A stretch of 64,000 nucleotides of DNA from Hydrolagus affinis (GCA_012026655.1 JAAILG010000203.1:62001-126000); one strand, 5' to 3'. Counted from the stretch's first letter, positions 1 to 11,340 are shown. Translations and numbers: made by a program. Notes: generated from the sequence alone by a model not told the origin.

Positions 1-1604
1 CTGAGTCTCCATTCCACTCCAATATTGCACATGTCCACTTATATCAGTGGCAAGAATGACATTCAGGAGAGTGATGTGTTTTGTGATTGCTTATCTTGAT
101 TCCATGCACAACGGTAAAATCTGAACTAGAAATGAAAAATGTTTCGCAAAAGTTATACTGCAACACGTCAAATCTAAATACATTCATGTAGATCCCCCAA
201 CATTGTCGCAGATTTGAGCTTCTAAATTCTTGAACCAGAATGAAGAATGCTTGGATTCTAAAGAGGAGCCTTGCAAATAACAATTGATACAAAAGTGAAT
301 TACATACACTACCATGTGAAATACATACATGGTTCGCAAATGATTCACATTTTGTTGCAACTAGCAACAGCCGTAGACCATCACATCGAACAGACTACAG
401 CACTTTATTCATAATGGCTTGATTATTTTTGTAATTATGTATTATAAAGAAATATAAAGTTGAGTTGGAATCAGTTACCGGCTATAATAATCCTTTGGTT
501 CAGATTACATTTTAGAAATCATGAGAGCAAAACTATTTTTGCTGTTTGGTATCAACCCAAACCTTAGCTTGTATCATAGTTTTGAAACCCACTATAATTC
601 AACTATTTTTCTAACTTTTATTGAAGGCTTCTGTAATCAGACTCTGTTTCAATACAAACTTTAATTGTAGCATATCGTTTTCAGATTATCGTCAATTATA
701 TTCCAATTTCTACCCTGCTACACTCCCAATGTACAATATGTTCATTCAGGTTCAACACAAAGGGAGTGAAAAGTTGTCAAATGATTAAATGGATCTTGTT
801 CCATTTCCACTCCATGTGGATGCTGTAACTGTCAGATTGGATTAGTTTACTTAGGTCTCATTCAATTCGTTGCTGGGTGTTTAAGGATGAGTAACTGATC
901 AAAATTAGTTTCCCAATTATTGGGTGAGAGAATATCCATTTAATGGTTGCTAACTAGAGGCTGGAGTTTGAGGCATTTCATAACCTGTTCCATGTGGTAA
1001 AGCTGCAAACGACCCTGAGGTTTCACCAGATTTAGAAAATGTCTCTACTCCACTCATTCCCAAGAAAAAAAAATCATTAATACTTTAAAATTAGTTTATT
1101 TTAATATTTTGTCTGTACCAGTCTCAATCAAAAAAAAACTTTGTTAAGTAGTAAGTGTAAATAGTCAGACTGTTCAGATGGAAAAAATAGTTCCAATATC
1201 TGTGTGGTAATTCAGGAGTTTTGAAGCAGCAAAATTAACGTAACCGAACGTCCGGGAATGGTTCTTATTCCTGGAGGGAATAACCAGAGTGTGAGGGCTG
1301 TCACGGCTAATTCAATAGTGAATGGAATGGAGACTTATGCGGTCATCCAAGGTTCACGGGTTTCTGAAGGTTACACAATCTCAACGGTAAACATACTTTC
1401 ATAAATATGATTGTTCATAAGTATGATGATTAAAGCTAAAGATAGTTCTTTAGCTTTAAAGAAGTAAAAAAAAGTACAACTCTGGTCGTTTTTGGGTAAG
1501 TAGTTTCCAAACCCAGGTATTGTGTGAAATCACCATACAGAAGTCTAACACTGGTTGCTAAACTTACTATAATAACAATAATAATTATTATTTATTATTA
1601 ATAA

Positions 1605-1915
1605 TCATTATTGGGAAAATATTTACATTTTATATAGGATTTATCGTACCAAGATGTTTCGAAGTACTTCACCGGTGGTTACTGTCAAGTCTAGTAACTT
1701 TTTCATGGGAAACACCACAATCAGTTTATGCACATCAAGGTCCCACAAATAGCCAAAGAGTAAATTAACCATTTATCTGGTAGATTGCAAACCAAGAAAT
1801 CAGGAGTAATCTCAATTTTTAAATATATATGCAGTATATATGTAGTGCTGTGCAATCTTTACCAATCAACTAAAGAGACATATTGGACATTGGCTTAACT
1901 TGAGATCTAAAGGCC
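1605..1915 (-). mobile_element. Ancient, highly diverged Deu-domain SINE relic
   Basis: An antisense L2-type tail (atttacattttatataggatttatc...gatgtttcgaagtacttcac) is followed by aaggtcccacaaatagc and gtgctgtgcaatctttacc...ggcttaacttgagatctaaagg. The order is collinear with the better copy at 33650-33960 and with my recollection of the DeuSINE (SacSINE1/AmnSINE1) consensus. Confidence 0.5.
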
Positions 1916-4865
1916 AATAAAACCCCCCGAGAATAATGGATGTTAAAATGTGCTCGTTAGAATCCAATGTATATATTTTAGGACCACCTAAAGGTTTAAC
2001 AAATTGTGCTAAAACTAAGGAAGGAACTAAGACTAAGAGAGGAACAATATAATCCTACTTTGTAAAGGAGTAAATGCATTCTGGAGAGGAGAGGATTTTT
2101 GCAAACTATGCAATATAAATCTGAACTTCTGATCAGACTCACACTTGCACTACATGGATTGTGGCAAAAAACGCTTTGAATTAGAGGTGGGAAGGTTATT
2201 TGCAAACGACCTAAATAAATTCAAGTGGTGCAACAGCAATTCCAGTGACAGTATTTACAGAGAGAACAGAGCTCTGAAGACTGACCTGCGAGAAATCCCT
2301 GTGACTTACTGCAAGTTTTATGAAATGTTGCTTTGTTCAGAGGTTAAAGGGGACGAGAAAGACACAAATAGCTTTTTCACTCAAATGCATTTATCCTTCA
2401 AGTTAGCCCATTGCAACAACAGGAGTTGGGACACTTGGTTGAAATACAGGCTGCAATCAAACATTGTAACCAGTAGGGAGTCTCCAGGGATGCTGGAGTT
2501 ACTGTTAAATTTTACAAATGTTTTCTTTCTGAATTAAACCCATAGCCCTCCAGGCAGTTCATAAAATTTAGAAAGATGGGGTGGGGAAGAGGTTATGTCA
2601 ACTTGTACTCCTGTATTTCTTTAGCACGGGAAGGAATATGGAAATTATCACTCCGTAATCACTGCAATACCCCCAAATATATGAGAATTCCTCCACTTTA
2701 TGAAATTCCAGCATCAAACGTAAAACAGGGGAAGCAGTTTTTGGAGTTGGAGAAGGAACAAGAGAAACCCGAAAAATTAGAAGCAAGTAAGTCAGGGGAA
2801 GAGAGTGAATGCAACGTAAATCCCATTATTAAACCATTTTCAAGCTGCTTGGAAAACAGAACTTTGATCTGCATTGGTCATGTGAAAAGCTAAGATTATA
2901 CAGTCATAAAATATCCACCCTTCAAACTAACCAGCTTCCTCCTGTAAGTGCACACATCTGCTTTTGACAGTGTAGTTTATGAAGACTTGACCTGTTCACA
3001 AGGATATAGCAATATTGTAGTCATTTTTTAAATCCCCTTTGAATAGCAGCTCTCCCTTCCTTTTGGGAAGTCCTCCCTGTGCACTATTCCCTGGCCGAGA
3101 GGACGCCAAACAGCCACCCCGGTGCAAGGCTTAAATGCAGTAACGTTCTGTAGTTGGTCAACAGGCTATGTATTGGGGCACGATTACAAGGACATCACAA
3201 ACATGCAATGAACCTAGTTCATACTTCTCACTCTACGTTGCTTTGAAATGGAGTCTTTTTTTTAAGAAAAAACAACAATGGCATCCTTAACATGCTAAAC
3301 TTGACATAAACGCTTGCCAATGGCTTTATTCCTCGCATGGGATCTGTGTCCATGTTTTATTCATTTACTCCTTTGGGGTTGAAAATCAGTGGGTGGAGCT
3401 CTTTCTCCCTAAACCACTGAGACATATCTTTAGATTTACTGGCACCACAAATTATTCCACCTCTTATTGTTATCTTGCTTTATGAGATCATGCATTGGAG
3501 TGTCTCAAGTACATTTCACATTTTAGTGTCACGAATAAAATGTTTTCTTTTATTCATTGTGTGAATGAGGTTTCAGTATAAATAACTTGTCCAAAATCCA
3601 GGTTAATATTAACAAGAGTAAGTTACAGCTATTGTGGTGAGGTCTCATGTAAAAACATTTTTCCAATCTCTCCTTTGGCTTCCAGAGATAATACCCAAAT
3701 TATGTCCTCCGGTTCTTACATTTTGAACATACTTGTTTCCTCCTGAAACCATTTAAAGTGTTTTTTTTTGCTTGTAAAGATTTTATCAATGTTGTGAATT
3801 TCTTCAAATATTTGCTCTTTTGGATATTCCCTCTCTCCTACTCCAATGCAAAGTTTCACAAAATAGCAATCACATGGATTTTATTTTCCAGTTTTCATTA
3901 CCAAAGGGTTAGAAGTGCCAAATCCACATCACTATAAAGTAGTTTTGTTACTGGTTATTGAAATGAGACCTTTGGGAGTTTATAATTTATTTGAAGCTGA
4001 AAGTGAGCTGGAGCTGCATTTATGTGAACTTGCTTGTATATTCTGGGAGTGGGAAATGGCACATTAGTAAAAAAAAAATTTAGACTCTTTTTTAACTCAG
4101 TTTTCGAACAGTTAAAGATATATTCAGAGGTGTTGCTGGCTATATTGTGTATTTTGACAGCCGTTGATTAAAAGCATATTTTGTTTTATCCTCCCATCCC
4201 AATAAACGTTAACCCCAATAAATATTTTTCTTGATACGACCAGCAAGATTTGTTTTCAAGTGAATCATTAAAAGAAATTGGCATATTTTTAACACATGGC
4301 TGAACTATTTCTAGAGATTTTAAGTAGTATGCTGTATTTTTATGGTGGTGAAGCGGTTCAGTGCTTGAATCCTATGGCAGTGACAGATGCAATTGAGAGC
4401 ATGTCATGTCTGTATTATAATTGTCAACTCCCTTTACCCATGTGTTAAAGTTGAGGGAGGGAATAAGATCTGATTTTTCTGACCTCTAAACCAAACTCAA
4501 GCTGTGCAGCAACTCTTGTCATTTGATTCATTGTTCAAAGTGCCCAAAAGTGATACGGAATTATTGTGAGCATTAGTGAGGCTAAACCGTTCAGCAACAC
4601 TCAAAAGTTATTAGATGTCCTTATGGAAAATATTGGACCTGAAATTAAAAAAAATTATAAAGCTTTCTTTGTTTGAAAAAAAAGACCTGTGACAACATCA
4701 ATAAAATGCCTTCGTCCTCATTTCAAATTGTCCTGAAGACCTAAACCTGAGTCACCGGACAAAGTTCACACTTGTGAAGATAACGGAGATGTTATGCAGT
4801 TAGAGGAAATCTCCAATGGTCAGTGTTGGAGAGAAGAGCTATAGGAACTGTAAATATAGCCATAG

Positions 4866-4960
4866 ATTTCACCCACAAACATACAGTCAATTCACTTTAC
4901 AGTATTTTCTGTGAGATGTCCAGAAGACGTGAAAAGCACTATATCAAATGCAAAGGATTA
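4866..4960 (+). mobile_element. 3' fragment of the dominant tRNA-derived SINE
   Basis: cccacaaacatacagtcaattcactttacagta...gtgaaaagcactatatcaaatgca matches the tail of the full copies (e.g. 8114-8423). Confidence 0.85.
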
Positions 4961-5563
4961 TAGATAACCCAAAGCTCAGCAACCTTGGGAAGGGATATGT
5001 TAGAGTGTTCTTGGTAAACTATACTTAACAATCTATAATAACAGTTTATAAACTCTATTTTACTTGTTCCATTTTTTCCCGAACTGTTTGATCTCAGGGT
5101 TCAAGAGCACGAAGGTCATAATGGTTCTTGGTAACATACTGTGCTTGTGCTGCACTCAGCTTCACATGTGGAGCTAGCAATATACCTTTCAGCTGCCTCT
5201 TGCATAACTAGGAACCTTCACAGTAATTAAAATGAGAGAAGTGAGAGAAGTATTGACTTAGACCAATGCGTTTAGCTGCATTTTAAGATAGCTTTTTTTT
5301 TAAGAAAGAGCCATGTTTGGACACATTAGTGGTGGTTAATTTTACAGGGATAAGCATATATTTTTCTTACCAGTGGTGCTGTCCTTTTCACAGACATAAG
5401 TGCAATAGAGTACAGTAGTTTAGTTGATCCCTGCAAATTCTTCAATTGTAGCTGTTCCGAGGAACCAATAACACCACTTGGAGTGATGCAAAACGGAAGG
5501 CGTAGATCAAAAATGGGATCGTAATTAAGTGCAAAGAAAATGGCTGGGATGAAATACACACAT

Positions 5564-5855
5564 GAAGTCGTGTAGCTCAGTGGTTAGAGCACTTGCCTTG
5601 CAAGTGTGAAACCTGGGTTCGATTTCAGGCAGGGCGAAACCTTGGGCAAATTTTCTTACTCCACACGCCTGAAACTGTTTTCGATGCCTGAGACCAGCTG
5701 GCTATCTTCCTGAACTGATGTTGACTTTTAAGGTCCTGGCCATTTTTGTCTTTTTTACAGTCAATTCACTTTACAGTATATTCTGTAAAGCGCTTTGAGA
5801 CATCTGGAAGATGTGAAAAGCGCACTATATAATGCAAAGATTATCATTCTTATTA
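5564..5855 (+). mobile_element. tRNA-derived SINE whose middle is replaced by an ~80-bp hAT-derived segment (5678-5758)
   Basis: Has a head with A box (tagctcagtgg) and B box (ggttcgattt) and a normal tail from acagtcaattcac. The central part matches 6517-6602 instead of the SINE body. Confidence 0.9.
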
Positions 5856-6501
5856 CTGTATTATTTAACCACCTTCTGAATCATGGTGTCAAAGGCACTA
5901 ATAGCCTATATTAACTTTTACTTCAATGTGTTTTAAGTTTGAATTGGCAGAGCATAACGCAGTGCAATTAGGTCATCACTGGGATGAGGTGTATTTTAGT
6001 GTGGGAAATAATCGGGTATACTGACACAAGGCAGTTTTATGAAATTAAGGTACACTTCCTTAAAACATGTCAAAGAGATTTCATGAAATAGAATAAGAAC
6101 ATTGAGCAATTTATTTTACTAAAGAAAAAGTTCAGATTGTGTGTTTATTTATATTTAAAAAAAAGTGTGTTCCACTTCAAATACCGTCCATTTCTAAAAA
6201 TATGACCCTGCCGTGCGCTCACATCAAATCATTGCGCTATTTGTTGTATATCGATAGTGTTATTTTGGTTGAAGGCTGAATAACTCTGTAAAATATTTCC
6301 ACATGATGATAGTCTGCAATTGATAAAAATAAATATTATGTTTCTTTTCTTCAGCAATCCAATACTTTTTGTTCACAAAATATCGTTTTTTTTTCACTGT
6401 TTGGGCAGAATTACGTGAAATAAAGAAGTCAATAAGTTTAGCTTGATGGCCATATTTGTTCATTTGAAAATGTGAAATTGTGGCCATCTGGTCTTCTATA
6501 C

Positions 6502-7760
6502 TAATGTTTCTCAACCTTTTCGATGCCTGGGACCAGCTGGTTATCTTCCTAAACTGATGTTGACCGCTTTTAAGGTCCTGGCCATTTTTGTCTTTTTTTT
6601 ACTGCTAGATTTGTGCATATAACCACAACTTTGATTTATATAGCGCCCTCCACGCCAGATGGCATCTCAGAGTGCTTCACAATAATCCCGGGACCGAGCC
6701 AGGGGGAGGAAGGTGACCAAAGGCACGGTCGAAGAGAAAGGTCTTTAGTTGGGACCTGAAACTGGGAAGAGAGGGGGGCAAGGTGAAGGCAGTGAGGAAG
6801 GGAGTTCCAGAGTCTCAGAGCCTAGTGGCTGAAGGCACGGCTGCCGAGGGTGGAGCAGAGGATTCGGGAGACATGGAGGAGGCCAGACCCGGTGGAGCGA
6901 AGGCAACAGGTGCTGGTTTGAGGAGAGAGGAGGACGGACAGATAGAGGGGTGCAGAGGAGTGGAGAGATTTGAAAACCAGGGTGAGGATCTTGAAATCGA
7001 TTCTCTCTGGGACAGGCAGCCAGTGAAGAATTGGGATAATGGGGGAGCGAAGTTTGGTGCGGGTGAGAATGCAGGCGGCAGAGTTTTGAATGAATTGGAT
7101 TTTATGGATTGTGGTGGAGGGGAGACCGGCGAGGAGGGCATTTGAATAGTCCAGGCGAGAGGTGACAAAGGCGTGGACCAGGGTTTCAGCGGCTTTTGGG
7201 GCGAGATATTGCCAGAGACGGGCGATCCATCGGAGGTGGAAGAAAGCGGGCGATCCGTCTGAGATGGAATGTAAACTTGAAATTAAATGAAAGTGCAGAC
7301 ACTGGTGTTTAATTAAGTTGAATAATCTGAAACTCACACCATTTAGAACAGATAACATTAAAAAAAAATTCCTGCTGTAATTTTACAATTTAGAAGAAAA
7401 CCTTTGACATGAAACCTTTGACATGAAACCTATCTCTCCAGTAGAGTTGGGGGAGGGTGCTTTACATTGTACACACATTCTATTCCCAAAGTAAACTTCA
7501 GAAGTAAAGTGCCTACCCAGGCATTGTACCCACCGCATATCACTGCAGCATGGAATGGAACAGAATGTAAACTTACTATGAACTGCTTGGGATTTTGTGA
7601 AAATCCACTCCGCTCAGAAATCTACGACTCTGTGTCATGTTTTTCTTTGTTTCAAAGTTGATATACAGTATATTTATTTTTTCTCTAATCTCACACGGGC
7701 CGGCAAAGGACGCTGCTGAGGAGCGGCACCGGTCCACGGACCGGTTGTTGAGAAACGCTG
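6502..7760. mobile_element. Non-autonomous hAT (Charlie-like) DNA transposon with a nested L2
   Basis: Left end taatgtttctcaac (6502); right end gttgagaaacgctg (7760, reverse complement cagcgtttctcaac). Flanking 8-bp repeats ttctatac (6494-6501) and ttctgtac (7761-7768) match 7/8 and resemble the NTCTAGAN Charlie target. GC-rich subterminal ggtccacggaccgg. No transposase ORF. Confidence 0.8.
6621..7272 (-). mobile_element. 5'-truncated L2-clade LINE (ORF2 C-terminus plus 3' tail)
   Basis: ORF 6822-7358(-) reads AFFHLRWIAR...AAETLVHAFVTSRLDYSNALLAGLP...IQNSAACILT...LHWLPVPERIDFKILTLVFKSLH, typical of the post-RT region of L2 ORF2. The tail gaagcactctgagatgcc...gtggagggcgctatataaatc lies at the low-coordinate end. 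Confidence 0.95.
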
Positions 7761-8113
7761 TTCTGTACGGTTTGAACATGAGTCCAAGTTTTGTTTTACT
7801 AAGTAAATACATCTTTAAATCAGTAATTGAATTGTAGTGTAATTTTAATCTGTTGACTTTTTACTTAGCTGGACTTTGTTTTAATTCAAACAATCTGAAA
7901 TGATATATTTTTTATGTCATTCTCCTTGTGTCTGTCGCTCGATATCAGGAAGGTGCCATTATAACCACACAAAACTCCCTTTCCCGTCCTTAAAAGTTAG
8001 CTGATGCTCTCAATGAAACAGCAGTGACAACTGTACACAGGTATGTTGTAATGAGTGGTGTGTTATCAAGAGGTTGTTTGTGGTTTCTTTTTAAATGAGG
8101 AAACCTGCAAAGT

Positions 8114-8423
8114 GGAGTTCTGTAGTTCAGTGGTTAGAGCACTGGCCTTGGAAGCAAGACGGGTTTGATTCCTGTCAGAGCAAAAACCTTGGGGAAGTTT
8201 CCTTACTCCATGTGCCTAATAATAATAATCCCCAAGAAAAAAACTATATCAAATTGGTCACTTCAATCAATGACTGTTTGTAGACACTGCTGTGTGCAAT
8301 TGGCTGCCGTATTTGCCCACAAATAGACACTCAATTCACTTTACGGTATATTCTGTGAAGCGCTTTGAGACGTCTAGAAGACGTAAAAAGCACTTTATCA
8401 ATTACAAGGATGATTATTATTAT
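8114..8423 (+). mobile_element. Full-length tRNA-derived SINE
   Basis: Head ggagttctgtagttcagtggttagagcac, body, tail ctgtgaagcgctttgagacgtc...aaaagcac and (tta)n end. Confidence 0.95.
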
Positions 8424-8914
8424 CACAGTTTTGAGATCTAATACAAAGAAGGTGTTTTTATGTATAAAATGAGCATTGCTGTAATACTGTGAGTTCCTTT
8501 ATTGAAGATGTATTTAATATTATTTCATCAGAATTCTGCCAATACCTCTATTATAATCTTGTAATCGCTCTTCTATCTCATCTGCTTCTCTAATGCACAG
8601 ATATCTTGTTCAAGGCTTGAGAGACTCAAATTGCTCACGGTATTGTAAATTGTTCTAAATATCCTTTCTCAGTCATCCAAGCGAGGTTGTAAAATACGAA
8701 TTCTGGTTCTATAAAAATCTCAAATGTCGATAGATTTCCATGTCCCTAAATGAGTGCACCAGGAAGATTGGTCAATGTGTTAAGAGAAATACACAACCAG
8801 AAAGTTCTGATATTTACCATGGTCACACAGGTTATTGCATTCTAATCAAAGAAGCCACACTTAATGTTAAATACAATACCACCAAAGCCTTTGCTAATTC
8901 CCTTGCCAACGGAG

Positions 8915-9037
8915 TAAACATAAACAGAAGTCGCTGGGAACACTCAGTAGGTCAGGCAGCATCTATGGAGAAAGGAAAGTGAGTAACATTTCGGGTTTTC
9001 AGATTTCCAGCATCTGCAGTATTTTGTGTTTTATTTT
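8915..9037. mobile_element. Short relic of a chondrichthyan-type interspersed repeat (Penelope-terminal-like)
   Basis: acactcagtaggtcaggcagcatctatggaga...aacatttcggg...cagatttccagcatctgcagtattttg resembles a repeat I recall as common in shark genomes. Internal inverted gctgggaa/tttccagc. Family assignment is from memory only. Confidence 0.5.
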
Positions 9038-9058
9038 GCCTTCTGAGTAAACACTAGT

Positions 9059-9421
9059 GATAATAATAATAATAATGCATTGGATATAGCGTTTTTCACA
9101 TCTTCTAGACGTCAGCGCCTTGGGACGTCCTCCTGACATGAAAGGCGCTCTATAAATGTAATTTTGTTGTTGAATCAAAGCGCTTCACAGAATATACTAT
9201 AAAGTGAATTGACTGTATATTTGTGAGTGAAACGCAGCAGTCAATTGCACACAAGGTTCCACAGACAGTCGTGGATTGAAATGGTCACTTTATTATTATT
9301 TTTGGTGAGGGATTTTATCAGGTGTGTGGAGTAAGGAAACTTTCACTCTGTCAGGAATTGAATCCAGGTACCTCACTTGCAAGGAAGGTGAGTGCTCTAA
9401 TTAACGAGCTACAGGGACTTC
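9059..9421 (-). mobile_element. Full-length tRNA-derived SINE interrupted by a mini-L2 (9114-9174)
   Basis: Reverse complement of the SINE consensus; the tail is split at gacgtc^tcaaag. Confidence 0.9.
9114..9174 (+). mobile_element. Ultra-short L2 3' end nested in a SINE tail
   Basis: agcgccttgggacgtcctcctgacatgaaaggcgctctataaatgtaattttgttgttg matches the end of the L2 at 12538-12784. Confidence 0.9.
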
Positions 9422-10314
9422 AGTATAGAAACATTCACAAGAATAAATTTCAAGAAGGCTGGTTGCTAGTTAACTATTGGCTGTTAGTATTGGATATAAC
9501 CAAGTTACTTCGTTCCCCCTCACTTTGCAGAGAAGTAGCAGTTACAGATTGGAATCCTGCCTGATGACTCCTTTCAGAGAGCCTTAAACTCTTGTACAAA
9601 TCAGGTAGAGCTATTCACATTTCACCACCATATGTGTTATCAAAAGGAAGTTTGACCTAAAAGAATTCTTTTGAAGTCTTGACACATCTGTTAGTGTACT
9701 ATAATATAGAGCAGAGAAAAGTCTGTGGCATTTTCTTGGTGTTCTTCGCAATATTTGACTCCCATTGACTAAAATCAGACGTTTTAGGTGAGACAAGATT
9801 TTCAACTGCCACCAACTGAGCCATCGGGTCAACATTTGCATAATATCCAACTTCTTGTCCAAATGATAAAATCTCTCCGGAAAGTAATTAGATTTGTGCT
9901 TCCTGCCTTATTACCAGGTCATCTCTGAGGTTCTTTTCCAGGTGTTCAAGGCTTGAAAGATCCATGTGGTAAAGTTCAGAGTGTCAGGTTTTGTAATGTG
10001 GAAGTCATATTGGTAAACGCCTGGTTTTCAGATGCGTGGTTTGGGTAGAAGTAAAATCAACAGTGGCAAACATTTTATACTATGATAAAGGGCAGAAATG
10101 TTGCCCATCTTGAGCAAATAATATCAATAATCAGTAAAATCTGCCTCAAAATGAGAACCATAGAAAGGGAACCGATTGATCAGGGAGGAGATGAGAACTT
10201 CCTTTGGGAAATTCTCTACGTTCATCCAACGAGATCCTCCTAGGATTCTCTCTCCTATTGTCTAATGGCATATGGCATCTCTGACAATTTGTTCTTTGAT
10301 ATGTTCCCCATAGT

Positions 10315-10624
10315 TAATAATAGTAATAATCTTTGCATTTGAAATAGTGGTTATCATATCTTCTAGGTGTCTCAAATGGCTTCACAGAATATACTGTAAA
10401 GCAAATTGACTGTATGTACGTGGGTGAAACGTGGCAGTCAATTGCGCACAGCAGTGTCCCACAAACAGTCATTGATTGAAGTGACCAATTTATTATTGTT
10501 TTTTTCTTGAGGGTTTATTTTTAGGCCTGTGGAGTAAGGAAACTTGCCCAAGATTTCGCCCTGTCAGGAATCAAACCCAGGTATCTCATTTGCTAGGTGA
10601 GTTATCTAACCACTGAACTACGGA
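10315..10624 (-). mobile_element. Full-length tRNA-derived SINE
   Basis: Reverse complement of the consensus from the (taa)n tail to ctaaccactgaactacgga. Confidence 0.92.
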
Positions 10625-10726
10625 AATAGTTATATTCCAGCAATACCCCCAAAGCATACTCTGGGCTCCCCAACCTACACCCAAACATTCAGCATTTGAC
10701 AAGTAGGGTGCATTCTTATATATACA

Positions 10727-10828
10727 CACAGTCAATTCACTGAATTTAATAATATATTCTGTGAAGTGATTTGAGATGTCTCGAAGACTTGATAAGGTGC
10801 TACATCAAATGTTAGGATTATTATTATT
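10727..10828 (+). mobile_element. SINE 3' fragment
   Basis: cacagtcaattcact...tattctgtgaagtgatttgagatgtc...tacatcaaatgttaggattattattatt. Confidence 0.8.
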
Positions 10829-11009
10829 TATTCCCACTGGGTGTAGAGGTCACATGCTACTGTGTTCAGCTTTCAGGCTTTTAATAGATCTATTGCTATT
10901 GTTCAAAAGTTAGTCATATTTATCCAATAATCATAACTATAAGTTAGTTGAACTGCAGAGAAGTCTTTTGAGACAATTTCCATAGCTATAAGTCAAGTAA
11001 CTGTTAAAT

Positions 11010-11340
11010 GAATGTTTTCAGTTGTGGTTGCAAGTCAGAATGCGAAAATATTTCATGGTTGGTGTTCCGTTTGAACTTATCATCTGTTTCCATATAGTCT
11101 CAGCTACGGCTGATATTACTACAAGAATGAAGTCACTTTTGGTGCCAAGAGGCTGAATTATTTGACTTTGGAAGGGAATATTCCTTTTCCTCAGAGAGCC
11201 TTTCTCGCGGCTGCTGGTGCTCACGTGAGTTGCAGGCTGCCCAAGCTGCGCCTGTACAAAATCCGGTTCAAATGAAACAACACCACAGATCTGCTTGCCA
11301 TGTGTGCTGCTTGGCTTTTGTGTGGAGCTGACACTTTTCA
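11010..11340. promoter_or_regulatory. Candidate conserved non-coding element / enhancer
   Basis: Repeat-free, high-complexity block with retained CpGs (tctcgcggctg, cacgtg E-box, tgcgcc, tccgg) and an NFI half-site (tgccaa). Conservation was not checked. Confidence 0.3.

Noticed and set aside
5564-5640. tRNA-Ala/Val-like cloverleafs (also at 8114, 19326, 34403 and on the minus strand)
   Set aside because: Each runs directly into SINE body, anticodons vary (TGC/TAC/CAC) and stems are mismatched. They are SINE heads, not tRNA genes.
6783-7358. Three overlapping 117-178 aa ORFs as cellular genes
   Set aside because: All lie in the truncated L2 fragment. One is the L2 ORF2 remnant; the others are alternative or antisense frames.
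8915-9037. Hammerhead ribozyme in the Penelope-like relic
   Set aside because: Only the cgaaa part is present on the minus strand; the CUGANGA core is missing.
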